NCBI GenBank assembly: GCA_013265495.1 | Contig: MU058290.1 | Location: forward strand, 542,667 to 562,666 | Origin: Vicugna vicugna | Taxonomy: Eukaryota | Reading direction: 5' to 3' | Length of the DNA stretch: 20,000 nt | Shown: one piece after another, positions 9,053 through 19,972 of the stretch | Layout of the letters: each line of letters begins with the position of its first letter | Numbering within the stretch: the first letter of the stretch is position 1 | Made by a program: the position numbers and the translations under genes | Notes under the pieces: generated by a model | Database searches by the model: none | What the model saw: the letters and a program-made list of their open reading frames with translations, nothing else | Told to the model about the DNA's origin: nothing

Positions 9053-9991
9053 ATGGAAGTGGCCAACAATGTCACTGAGTTTATATTTCTAGGACTTTCT
9101 CAAGATCCTGGAATGCAACTGATGTTCTTTGCGCTATTCCTCCTCTTCTACGCGGTGATCCTGATGGGAAATCTGCTCATTTTGCTTACTGTCTCTTCTG
9201 ACCCCCGGCTTCATACACCCATGTATTTCTTCCTCAGTAACCTGTCCTTTGTAGACACTGCCTATTCCTCAGCCACGGCACCCAAGATGATTGCAGACTT
9301 TGTTTCGGAAAAGAAGGTTATTTCCTACTGGGGCTGTGTAACTCAGATGTTTACCTTCCACTTTTTCGGTTGTGCTGAGATTTTTGTTTTGACTGTCATG
9401 GCTTTTGACCGTTACGCCGCCATCTGCCAACCTCTCCGTTATACTACCATCATGAGGGCCAATGCTTGTATTGTGCTGGCATCACTGTCCTGGTTGGGTG
9501 CCCTGGGTCACTCCTTTGTTCAGACCTTCCTGACCTTTCAGCTACCCTTCTGCAATGCTCGTGTCATTGACCACTACTTTTGTGACGTCCACCCAGTCCT
9601 GAAACTTGCCTGTGCTGATACAACCCTGGTGAACATGCTGGTGATTGCTAATAGTGGTCTCATTTCCCTGGGGTGTTTCCTCATCCTTCTGGCCTCCTAC
9701 ACATTCATTTTATTTAGTCTTCGGAAGCGGTCTGCAGAGAGCAGGCGCAAGGCTCTCTCTACCTGTGGGTCTCATTTCACTGTAGTAACTTTCTTCTTTG
9801 TCCCTTGTATCTTTATTTATCTCCGTCCTTCCACCACTTTCCCACTCGATAAGGCTGTGTCTGTGTTCTATACTACCATCACCCCAATGCTAAACCCACT
9901 CATCTACACTCTGAGGAATGAGGATGTAAAGAATGCCATGAAACGGCTATGGAGTTGCAAGGTCTCCCTGAAGGAAAAGCAGAAGGGATAG
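9053..9991 (+). CDS. Olfactory receptor, class II, family 4 (OR4S/OR4E/OR4H-like; subfamily not resolved), intact, 312 aa
   Basis: Uninterrupted ORF with N-glycosylation sequon NVT, GN in TM1, LHTPMYFFLSNLS, MAFDRYAAIC, FCD..LKLAC, SY in TM5, KALSTCGSH and PMLNPLIYTLRN. NSG in TM5 and FF.PCIFIY.RP...DK are family-4 hallmarks. The ORF-track start at 8963 is a TTG inside the intron. Confidence 0.97.
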   Translation: MEVANNVTEFIFLGLSQDPGMQLMFFALFLLFYAVILMGNLLILLTVSSDPRLHTPMYFFLSNLSFVDTAYSSATAPKMIADFVSEKKVISYWGCVTQMFTFHFFGCAEIFVLTVMAFDRYAAICQPLRYTTIMRANACIVLASLSWLGALGHSFVQTFLTFQLPFCNARVIDHYFCDVHPVLKLACADTTLVNMLVIANSGLISLGCFLILLASYTFILFSLRKRSAESRRKALSTCGSHFTVVTFFFVPCIFIYLRPSTTFPLDKAVSVFYTTITPMLNPLIYTLRNEDVKNAMKRLWSCKVSLKEKQKG

Positions 9992-10376
9992 TTTGTCAGA
10001 ATTGCAAAATCAGAGAATTAGCTGATACCTTAAGTGGTCCCTAACTTATTAATGATTTTAAGGAATCATCTCTAAAATTCAACTATGTCATATTTTTCAT
10101 TTAAAAGGGAATAATTTGAGGCTATTTCATTTTTCTGCCTTTAAGTGGGCTAAAGTTAAACCTTTCTTTATGGGCAAAGTTTATCCTCTCTTTCTTCTAG
10201 AATGGGAGAGTAAACCTTCCTAGTGAGTATCTCATTTAACTGCTGTAAATCCTTTCAATTTAAATCAATCTCTCTCAAGCTGTAATTCAATGATTTAGAA
10301 TGGAGTTACAAAAGATATCACTGAGGAATCAGATAATTTTTCCTAAAAAAAAAGAAGTCTGACTTCCCAGGAGCTG

Positions 10377-10538
10377 TCTTCTTGTCTCCCTCCCTTTCTC
10401 CCTCCCTTCCTTCCTCTTGTTTTCTTTCCCCTTTTCTTTCTTTCTTCCTTCCTTTCTCCGCTTCTTCCTCTCTCTCTCTCTTTCTTCTTCTCCCTCCTTT
10501 CTCTCTTTCCCTCTTTCTTTCTTTCCTAGTCTTTCCCC
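10377..10538 (+). repeat. Polypyrimidine (CT/CTT/CCTT) low-complexity tract
   Basis: ~160 bp that is almost purely C/T. Confidence 0.95.
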
Positions 10539-11309
10539 ACAAATATCACATAATCTAGTAGGGGAAATCTATTTACAAAAAGAAAATTATAACACAATAT
10601 TAAAAATGCAGGCCGACATAGAAATATGCACTGCATGCTATGAAGAGGTGAATATAAACTGAAAAAGTGCCCAAAGGATGGTTTCCAAATAGGAGGAAAA
10701 AAGAAACGTTTTACATATTTTGGTATGGAGCAATTTTTTAAGAGACACTATTAGAGAATTTGAATATTCTCTATCACTCCAGTATTATATTATTTTTACT
10801 GAAAGTAATCTAACTTTTTTTTTTGCAATGCATAGAATAATTAAAGCAACTAAAATGAACTGACATTTGAACTACTGCAATGACCAAGTTAAGGAGATGT
10901 ATTTCTATTATAAAATTTTAGTTAAAATTGTTTTTAATTTTCAAACAGGACAAAATGAATTAAAGCACATTTTTTTTTTGTTATGTCCTTTGGAGAATAT
11001 CTGGGTATTCTAAACACTTCAGAAAAGGCATTTTTATTTTGAGTAACTTTTTAGATTTTGTTTCATGGCTCAGATCTTTCAAGAAATTTGCTTTGATAAT
11101 TTTCATCCAACATTTATTTTCTGCATGCTTTAAACACTCCTGTATATAGTTTATTAAATGCTGTCAGACACATTTTTTTCCTGGCTTTTGTTTTTTATCA
11201 AAATGGATTTTTATCTCATTTCCATGATTTATTAAGAAAGTAAATCATGTATCTGACTTCTTTTCTACTCCTCATACATAGCACAGAGCTGGATTCACAA
11301 TGCATTCTT

Positions 11310-11450
11310 GTGATAGAATAAGCTGATTGTCATCCCAATATCCATTGTTTCTTCTTTTCCTTAGTATTAGACTTGACATTACTTATGGTGACTCTGCTAA
11401 AACATTGCGTTTGCCAGTCTCTCCTTTGCAGCTGGCATGGACAATATAAT
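11310..11450 (-). mobile_element. MaLR LTR fragment (MLT1I/J-like)
   Basis: attgtcatcccaatatccattgtttcttcttttccttagta...ccagtctctcctttgcagctggcatggaca resembles the reversed MLT1 terminus. Confidence 0.6.
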
Positions 11451-11454
11451 GTTA

Positions 11455-11503
11455 ACAGTAGCTTAACTACTACCACTATTAACTACTACTATGACTAACT
11501 ACC
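11455..11503 (+). repeat. Degenerate (ACT)n simple repeat
   Basis: aactactaccactattaactactactatgactaactac. Confidence 0.7.
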
Positions 11504-11674
11504 CTTTAAAATGGTTTCTCTGCACTTCAGTCCTTTTGTACACAGTCACCATTAATATTTTGTTGCATTTCGTATAGATATTTCTCTTAATACCTTTTCT
11601 CTGCAAAAAAGGGTTATTCTATTCTATGTATAAATAACTAATTTAAAAAATAATAAATACATTGAAATTATATT

Positions 11675-12902
11675 TAAAATGGCAGGCTACATTAGTTTTC
11701 CTTTTTCCTCCTAAGATCTAAATAAAATAATAAAAATAACAGCAATAACAATAATAATAATAACAACAAAGGGGAAAATGTTTAGGCTCATAAGAAAAAA
11801 GATAGCAGGACAAAAGTTAGATGCAGACAAAAGATTCCAATAAATGTTTGGAAAAGAGAAAAACAAAGACTTCGTAACTGACAGTAGAGAAGGCAGAGTA
11901 GAGAAGGCTAACTCTAAAACATCATCTGAGAGGAAGACTGAGGAGAAATACAGATTTATCTACCAGAATCTCTGACGTGGATACCAGGACACCAGATAAG
12001 GGAGATGGTGAGATGCAAGGCTGGTAATAGGGAGAGTAAGAGAAAGGAACAGTTCAATCTCCCATCCTCTCTTTCCACCCCCACTCCCAGATGCTCACAG
12101 AGGCATAAGCTTTGCAGACAGAATATTGGATCTTTGCATCAAAAAATTGAATATTAAAGAAAAGTCTTTCGCATTCTGCCTTTGAATATCACAAATGGAA
12201 TGGCTGCCTCTCTACAGAAGCCTACCAATTAGTAAGCTCTGCTCCACTGATCCAGAGCTTTTGGTCAAATTTTTGCTACCTAATTCTTTAATATACATAA
12301 GATATTTGAAGAAAAAAGTGAGCTTCAGGAAGGCCAAAAGGAATCTGGTGGAATCAAGATAACACAGGAAAAAATACACTTAATAAAAACCACTTATACT
12401 TTCACATTGATGAGATAAAATAATTGTAATCCTGAAATGAGAATATGATGATTTAAATAAATGAACAGAATAAAAAGTTACTTTTGGAAACTAAATAAAA
12501 TAGAAAGAATAATAAAAATTAAATCAAAAGAGGTTGAAAGACAGAATCAAAGATGTCTCCATGTTAAGTAGAAAAAAAAATTTCAGAGAAATGGAGAATA
12601 GAAAAAAAAAGAAATAGAAAGAATAAAGTCAAGAGGTGAAACATTCAACTCATATTTGTTCTAGGAGAATAGAGAAGACAGGGGAGAAGAATTTAAAAGA
12701 AATAGTGAAGAAAAAACTCAGAGCAGATAGGTTTAAATCTTCAGATACAAAATATTAATTGAGTGCCCACCATAACCATGAGAAAACAATACTGTTATTA
12801 TGAAATTTTATTACCGTAGAGGTTGAGAAGACTATAAAATTATTAAGAAAAAGAAAAAAATAGGCCATAAATAAGTGAGCAAAAAATCTGAAAGATATTA
12901 GA
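11675..12902 (+). mobile_element. HAL1 (half-L1) element, 5' part
   Basis: A-rich, decayed ORF1-like sequence. ccagagcttttggtcaaatttttgctacctaattctttaatat, agatatttgaagaaa and ttaattgagtgcccacca match recalled HAL1 motifs. Confidence 0.65.
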
Positions 12903-14462
12903 AATGAAGCTGGAGGAATAATCCTCCCAGACTTCAGACACTACTACAAAGCTACAGCAATCAAAACAGCATGGTACTGGCACAGAAACAGACATATGGA
13001 TCAATGGGACAGAATAGAGAGCCCAGAAATAAACCCACACACCTACAGTCAATTAATCTTGGACAAAGTAGGCAGGAATATAAAATGGAAAAAAGACAGT
13101 CTCTTTGACAAGGGGTGCTGGGAAAGCTGTATAGCTGCATGTAAATCAGTGAAATTAGAACACTCACTCACATCATATACAAAAATAAACTCAAAATGGC
13201 TTAAAGACTTAAACATAAGACAAGATAGCATAAACCTTCTAGAAGAGAACATACACAAAACATTCTCTGATATAAATCATAGCGTTGTTCTCATAGGTCA
13301 GTCTCCCATGGCAATAAAAATAAAAGAAAAAATAAACAAATGGTACCCAATTAAACTTATAAGCTTTTGCACAGCAAAGGAAACCCTAAATAAAATGAAA
13401 AGACAACCAACAGAATGGGAGAAAATATTTGCAAACGATGTGATTGACAGGGGCTTAATTTGTAGAATATACAAACAGCTCATAAAACTCAATAACAACA
13501 ACAAAAAAACAAACAACCCAATCCAAAAATGTGCAGAAGTCCTAAACAAACATTTCTCCAATGAAGACATACAAATGGCCAATAGGCACATGAAAAAATT
13601 CTCAGTATTGCTAATTATCAGAGAAATGCAAATCAAAACTACAATGAGGTATCAACTAACACTAGTCAGAATGGCCATCATTAAAAAATCCACAAACAAT
13701 AAACACTGGAGAAGGTGTGGAATAAAGGGAACCCTCTTAGACTGTTGATGGGAATGTAGTTTGGTACAGCCATTATGGAGAACAGTATGGAGATTCCTTA
13801 AAAAACTAAAAATAGACTTACAATATGATCCAGCAATCCCACTCCTGGGCATATATCTGGAGGACATTCTAATTTGAAAAGATACATGCACCCCAACGTT
13901 CATAGTAGCACTATATACAACAGCCAAAACATGGAAGCAACCTAAATGTCCATTGACAGGTGACTGAATAGGAAGCTGTAGCATATATAAACAATGGAAT
14001 ACTACTCGGCCATAAAAATTAATAAAATAATGCCATTTGCAGTTATGTGAATGGAACTAGAGATCATCACACTATGTGAAGAAAGCCAGAAAGGGAAAGA
14101 AAAATACCATATGATATCACTTATATGTGGAATCACACACACACAAAAAGACACAAATGAACTTATTTACAAAACAAAGACAGACTCACAGACATAAAAA
14201 ACAAACTTATGGTTACCATTGGGGAAAGGGGGTGGAGAGGGATAAATTAGGAGTTAGGGATTTTCAGATACAACCTATTATATATAAAATAGATAAATAA
14301 TAAGGTCTTACTGTACAAACAAGGGACTATATTCAATATCTTGTAATGGCCTATACTGAAAAAGAATATAAAAAAATATATGTATAAATTAGTCACTATT
14401 CTGTACACCAGAAATTAACACAACATTGTAAATCAATTAGACCTTAATTAAAAAAATAAAGC
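12903..14462 (+). mobile_element. 5'-truncated L1: C-terminal ORF2 plus 3'UTR and A tail, artiodactyl/camelid type, inactive
   Basis: Frame from 12903 reads [27 protein letters not shown]...[16 protein letters not shown]...[11 protein letters not shown]...[12 protein letters not shown]...[13 protein letters not shown]. Stop at 13746-13748, more stops and a frameshift downstream. ORF2 end (KYHMISLICGI) at ~14133, then 3'UTR to the A tail. Confidence 0.97.
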
Positions 14463-14991
14463 AAAAGGTATTTTAGAGTGCTCAGTAGCAACATTGGACC
14501 CTACAATACAGTGGAAAAATGCCTGAAAGTGATTTTCAGCCTAGGATTCTATACAGAACAAAATTATCAGTCAGTTATGAAGGTAGCATAAATTATTTTC
14601 AGTCATGAAATGATTCATAAAATTTAATTTTTGTAAGTACCCCTTCTTTGAAGTATGAGAGGGTATGTCCCAGCAAAAACAAAAACAAAAAAAAGGGAAG
14701 AGATAGCATCAGGCAATCAGGGCAGCGGGAGACCCACAGTGTTTTTAAGATGACAGCTGTGCAGCAGACACAGATGAAGCAGAAGGACAGAAACCCGGGA
14801 AAGGAAGCTTCAGAAAACAGAGAGAGGAGAGTGGGAATTTACATTATATAAGATGTTGGAGCATCTTTATTATAGAGGTATAGTCAAGAGGATGCAACAA
14901 GTTAATGTGTTTAAGGATACATTTATAGAAAATTATATGTCATTTAGGATCCTAACAGAAAATGAATGACATACTCAAAATACGATAATTC
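14463..14991 (+). mobile_element. HAL1 element, continuation after the L1 insertion
   Basis: ctcagtagcaacattgga...cagtggaaaaatgcct...gattttcagcctaggattctatac...attatcagtcag...tgaaggtagcataaattattttcagtcatg resumes the HAL1 consensus at the breakpoint. Confidence 0.75.
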
Positions 14992-15607
14992 TGTTAGCGA
15001 ATTAAGTCAAATGGACCCTACTTGGGCCTCTAGCCCAGCTGAGACTCTCTGCCTTGGTGGGAGAGGGTTCTTCTGTTTGGGTTCAAGCAGCTGAAACATG
15101 GAACCAAAGCTGAGATCGAGTAACACAACACTAGTTTATTCAATGGCCAAAGAATGGAGGAGCAGGAACTAAGTACATAGCTCAACTTCTCGCCCAGGTG
15201 GAGAGAGGGATTTAATTTTACAGAGTAAAGACAAAGGGAGAAGTGAGGCTGATGATAGGGAGGTATTTGCATCAGCCTACCAGGGAAGGGGCAGGGCTTC
15301 TTCTGAGGGAGTGGGATGCCACCTCCTTTTTACCCTTTTTCGGTTCTTAATGTCCCGTCATGGCCACTGGTAGGTGTGTCATTCGCTATGCTACTGCAGT
15401 AAAATCCAAGTATAATGAGACTCAGGGTCTGCTGGAGGTCAGATTCATGACCATTTTGGTCCCAGCTGGTTCCATCTGGTTTTTGTTTGTTTGTCTGTAG
15501 TTTCCTTTCTTATCTCTGGACCCTGTAACTTAAAGATTTATGTTAACTCCTGCTAAAGATGAGGGTTGGCAGGTATTAAGCAAAGACCTGGAGCACCTCT
15601 GGCAACA
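14992..15607 (-). mobile_element. Solo ERV LTR (probably ERV1 class), 616 bp
   Basis: Termini TGTT...AACA, with flanks attc (14988-14991) and attt (15608-15611) as an imperfect 4-bp TSD. Minus-strand AATAAA at 15135-15140, with a decayed TATA-like element near 15216-15221. More GC-rich than the flanks. Confidence 0.75.
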
Positions 15608-16539
15608 ATTTGAGGATGTTTTATTCACAAAGAGACATCTATAAGATTGTAGGTATGGGTATATACTATCATGTTTGTCAACTAAACTTTGTATGAATAT
15701 GTAGCCATAGCAATAAAATAAAATATAGCAACTTTTGTAAAAGTGGGAACTAAACAAACATTATTTGTATATAAAGTGAACTTAAAGCTCTCTTTAATTT
15801 TTAAAGTTTTTATTCAGAACATTTCTAAGTATATTGCCTTCTGTTGAATATTAGCTTTTCTTTTCCACTGTTCCTAATTGCTTTTCTATTAACCTTATAC
15901 TAATTACTTTATTGTAACTCAATCTTAAAACAAGGAAGTACTCAGACTCTATTTCTTGCATAAATTGTCTCTATAATCCTCTTCTCAAAAATACACCTGA
16001 TGAATAAATTTTAGCAACTAGTCCAGTTTCCTGGAACAGACATGCTTTAACTTTGTGCACTTCTGCTTTGTGATTGATCTTTCTTCTATCTTAACTGCCA
16101 GATTCTATTACTAAGCAAATCGGACACAAGAAAAATGCATCTTCCAGCATGTCTTGCTATCACAATCCTTCCTCCCTTAACTTGCATCTTTAGCATCTTA
16201 CCCGTAGGGACTAGGTATGGACTACTTCTAACCTTTCCCAGTTTGTCTTCTGGAATTTCAGTTGCTGTGATTGTTTCTCTCTCAGAGAACATTTAGAAGG
16301 GAAAGAGGATAATTACTCAAGTTCTCTGATCCAGGACAATTGCCATGAATTCATCAGTTGGTCTTCATTTCATGAAGCCATTCTAGGGCATGTCACGTGC
16401 TAACGTCTAGGCTGATTTTTAAAACAATTAATTCAGTATTATTTTCTTGTTAATTAACATTTATTCTCACTAGAATTTGGAATACATTATCTATTAGTCT
16501 TATTGACACTTTCATTATTTATTTTCATTATGATTATAA

Positions 16540-16690
16540 TTTATGCCTCTAATATGCATCAGACTCTGTGCTGGACATGTGACATTTGGTTTCTCAATTT
16601 TATTTCATAAAACTCTACATGTTCTTAGCATTTCTAGCTCAGATAAGAAAAATTAAGTTCCAAAAGGTAGTAACTCTGAAGAAATGGAGT
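16540..16690 (-). mobile_element. Degenerate MIR
   Basis: tatgcatcagactctgtgctggaca...cagataagaaaattaagttccaaaagg. Confidence 0.5.
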
Positions 16691-17269
16691 TAGGAAGTCT
16701 TCAAAATTAAAAAGCAGCTGGAAAGAGGCATGGATTTTTCTATTTTTGTGATAATCTAGTGGATTTGTATATAACTGGATTTTTTATTATTTCTGTATCT
16801 TCTTGTGCATTTAATAAAAATTTGGAGGAAGGTGATTTGAAATTTTTCAACTATTTAAAGCAATATAAGCTAAACTTTCAGAAAATTTTTGAGTTTAACC
16901 AAAATCTCAAAATACACATTTGTTCTGGTTTACCCTTTGAAGCCACTCAGAACAAATTACATTTTAAGCCCTCTCTGAGTCTTTTTATTTCCAACTTAAA
17001 ATGAGTCTTCAACAGTCTGTGGAAGAATAACTGATAGATTTTCATGGATCAGGGAGGATGCAGTTTTTAATTGAAAGGTAATTGTGTCATCCTCACTTCA
17101 CAAACATCAAGTGTGGTTGTGGAGAGGATAATGTTCTGAAAGATGAGATGGAGATCAGGCTGACAGAAGAAAATTGAGGTAGAACCTAATGTTATTTATC
17201 AGAGAAGATTTCTACGTAAGAGATACAGATAAGTATCTGTGAATTCGTAGACTCAGTTTATTTAGGGAA

Positions 17270-17375
17270 ATAAGGACAGTTTTTGTCTTGTTTATCACTG
17301 TATGCCTGGTGCCTAGCACAGTGTCTGACAAGTAGTAGATAAACATTAAACACGTATAGAAGATATTGAATAAAA
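17270..17375 (+). mobile_element. LINE-2 3' end fragment
   Basis: tttgtcttgtttatcactgtatgcctggtgcctagcacagtgtctgaca is a close L2 3'-end match. Confidence 0.85.
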
Positions 17376-18374
17376 GTTAGAAATATTATGAAGTTATTAC
17401 TTAAGGCCTTCATTGCAAATAAGGATAAACAGCTCAAGCAATTTATGTAGTTAATATTGCATTTGGACAGATCTTCATTCTCCTAAGGATCCAGTATCTC
17501 TAAGTGACACAGTCCTATAGGACAGTAAAACTGGAAATAGACATCATAGTCTAGAAGGCAAACTAGGCATCATAACATTTCTCACCTCTAATCCTTGCAA
17601 ATAAGCAGTTTTCCTTACTTGTTCTGGGTAACTCAGAAGTTGTGTTTCTGAGCTCCTTGGATGAAGTACGTATCAACTTTTAAATTATTCCCTCAGGGTT
17701 TTGATTCCTGGCTGGCTGGCCCTGGCCTCCAGAGAACTGATTTTCTTAGTCACAGCCCGAGGTACTAGTTAGCTCATTGTTACATCAGGGAAGGCACTTA
17801 CATATACCAAAATATAGAAGACAAGGCTTTCTGTCGCAGATGGGGAAAGAGGCACCTCCTACCCCCTCTGTTGTTCCTGACTACATCAAGACTGGAACCA
17901 GTGGTTGGTAGGTGGAAGAATGGTGTGATAATATTTACATAAACCACTCTATTTTTGAGACAATGGTTTGGGTACAGTGATGGGAGTAACTATGTGAAAT
18001 ACTAAGAGAATATTGGTAAGAAGCAAAAAGCCTCAAGAAAGGAAATGTCTTAGGGAAACACAGTGGTCACATAGACCAGATCGTAACCATGGTGTTGGAC
18101 AAAGTATGTCTTTTGTTTGATCCCCATAACTAAAAGCTGAACAGAGCATTGAGAAGACACCTTGGTCATCTCATACTTAAAAGCAAAGAGAATTTTACTT
18201 GAAACTAACATGGGTAGAGTGGTATTTAAAAAAGGGGATTCTAGGAAACAAAATCATAAATCATGAAGCAGAGTCAGAAAACACCGAATGAATTAATAAA
18301 ACAATTAGATTTGGAAATATTTGACCATTTTTCTTACTAGCTCATCAATTACCTTATTTATTCACTTAAAAGTC

Positions 18375-18730
18375 CATTTATTTATTCATTCAATAAACAC
18401 ATATTAAGGACCATAGTGTGCCAGGAATTATCTGAGATAGATATATAAATAAGATATCCTTTATGATTTCAAGGGGTTTAGAGTATATAGGGCTTAGAGG
18501 GCCAAAATATAAACTGAAAAATTACAATGCAATCAGTAAAGTTTTTATTGGAGATTGAGCAGAGTACTACAATGGACAAAATTTCTACAGTGCTTGTTAG
18601 AAATTATTTACACAAAATTTCAGGAATTTCGGAAAGGACGCCTTCTGAGACTAGCTGGAGGATTTCATAATAGTGATTTATCAACACTTACGAAGGATTG
18701 TAGTCTGGCGAAAACAGGAAGAGATAACAG
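18375..18730 (-). mobile_element. LINE-2 fragment
   Basis: ttcattcaataaacacatattaagga...gtgtgccagga...ttcaaggggtttagagt...aattacaatgcaat. Confidence 0.65.
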
Positions 18731-18929
18731 TGTTTAGAAATTAGATGCTCTTGTCCTCCTCTCTAAGCTATTTCTTAGACTTGTTCTTAGTCTTTCAGAC
18801 CCAAGGACAGTGGTTGGGGATAGAGAGTATAAACAGACATTAAAGGGTAATATTTTATCCTTCATATCTTAGGATGGTAGTGTCTCTACTGAACTTGCTG
18901 CTCTGCAAGGGGACCATAACAGTGACAAC

Positions 18930-19175
18930 AACAATAACAATAATAATTAAAGTAAGCGTGAGCTATTTGCCTGGTATTTCTCCGAGCTTTAGATGCACTA
19001 GCTGATTAATCCCTACAATAATGCCGATAACGTAGATTAGCTATTATTACCTCCACTGCACTGCGGGGCACAATAAGACATAAGTGATGTAAGTGAGTTG
19101 CTCAGGGTCACACAGCTAGAAAGTGCTCAGCTGTGGTGAAAACCAAGACACTGATGCTCCGTATCTAAGTCTATT
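18930..19175 (-). mobile_element. MIR SINE
   Basis: ttaatccctacaataa...ctattattacctccact...taagtgagttgctcagggtcacacagctagaaagtg. Confidence 0.85.
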
Positions 19176-19611
19176 ATAGGAGAAAGGCTCAAGCAGCAAA
19201 TGATCCCCAAAACACTCGTATATTGAGATCAGACCTTCTCTGATTCTAAGGCTTTCTTCTTGCCTAGTTGACTGTGGGTAACAAAGTATATAGGAAATCA
19301 AGATAATTACTACATCTTGGTATTTTCTGCTACTGGTTTAATTATGAGACTCAAGCCCCCCCCCAAGCACATAACCATCTATACAGTGCAGACTTTTTGT
19401 ACACTACTTCCTCACTATCTTACAGAATAAGATAGATGAGTTTGATATCTTGAGAATAGGAAAGATCAACTGAAGCTTTTTTAAAAAATGTGTTGTATAT
19501 ATCCACAGTGGAGATGATATTACTGCCCGCTGCACCCCCACCCCAGTGTCACCCACATTGTTCTTAATTTACCTTTCTGGGCCCTTTACTCTCAATTCAC
19601 TTTTATTTTCA

Positions 19612-19800
19612 TAGACATAGACTCCTAGAATTATACAGCTAGAATATATCTTAAAATTCGAGTTAAAGTCTCTTATGCTGCAGGAAGAACCTGCTGTACA
19701 TGGAGGTCGAATGATCTTCCCAACATCACACAGATTCTGGTGGCTGAGCTACAAGGAGAATCCAAGTTTCTCAATTCTTGCTCATGCTCTTCACAGCTGC
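19612..19800 (-). mobile_element. Degenerate MIR (MIRc/MIR3-like)
   Basis: tcctagaattatacagctagaa...tgatcttcccaacatcacacag...tggtggctgagct...agaatccaagtttctcaattct. Confidence 0.65.
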
Positions 19801-19972
19801 CTTTCTAACTGGAATATATGTCAGATAAGACCCTACACTTTCCAAAATTCAATTATTTGTGAAGATGTTGAAGAAATTTTAAAAATACATTGTAAGTGGC
19901 TGTATGCACTTAAAAGAGTTGTAAAGATAAAAGCCTTTAAATAATGGCTTTATGTGATTCCTTATCCCACTG

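Noticed and set aside
10318..10662. Charged (REK-rich) and F/S/L-rich ORFs
   Set aside because: Translations of the polypyrimidine low-complexity tract.
12996..13748. 250-aa ORF as a host gene
   Set aside because: It is the C-terminal part of L1 ORF2 in a truncated, mutated copy.
12843..13984. Several minus-strand ORFs of 68-112 aa
   Set aside because: Antisense reading frames of L1 ORF2, a common artefact.
16086..16292. 68-aa minus-strand ORF
   Set aside because: No recognisable homology or gene structure, and the length is expected by chance.
17224..17652. Short inverted repeats (acagata/tatctgt at 17225-17240; ctcagaa/ttctgag at 17632-17652)
   Set aside because: 7-bp arms are expected by chance in 20 kb.
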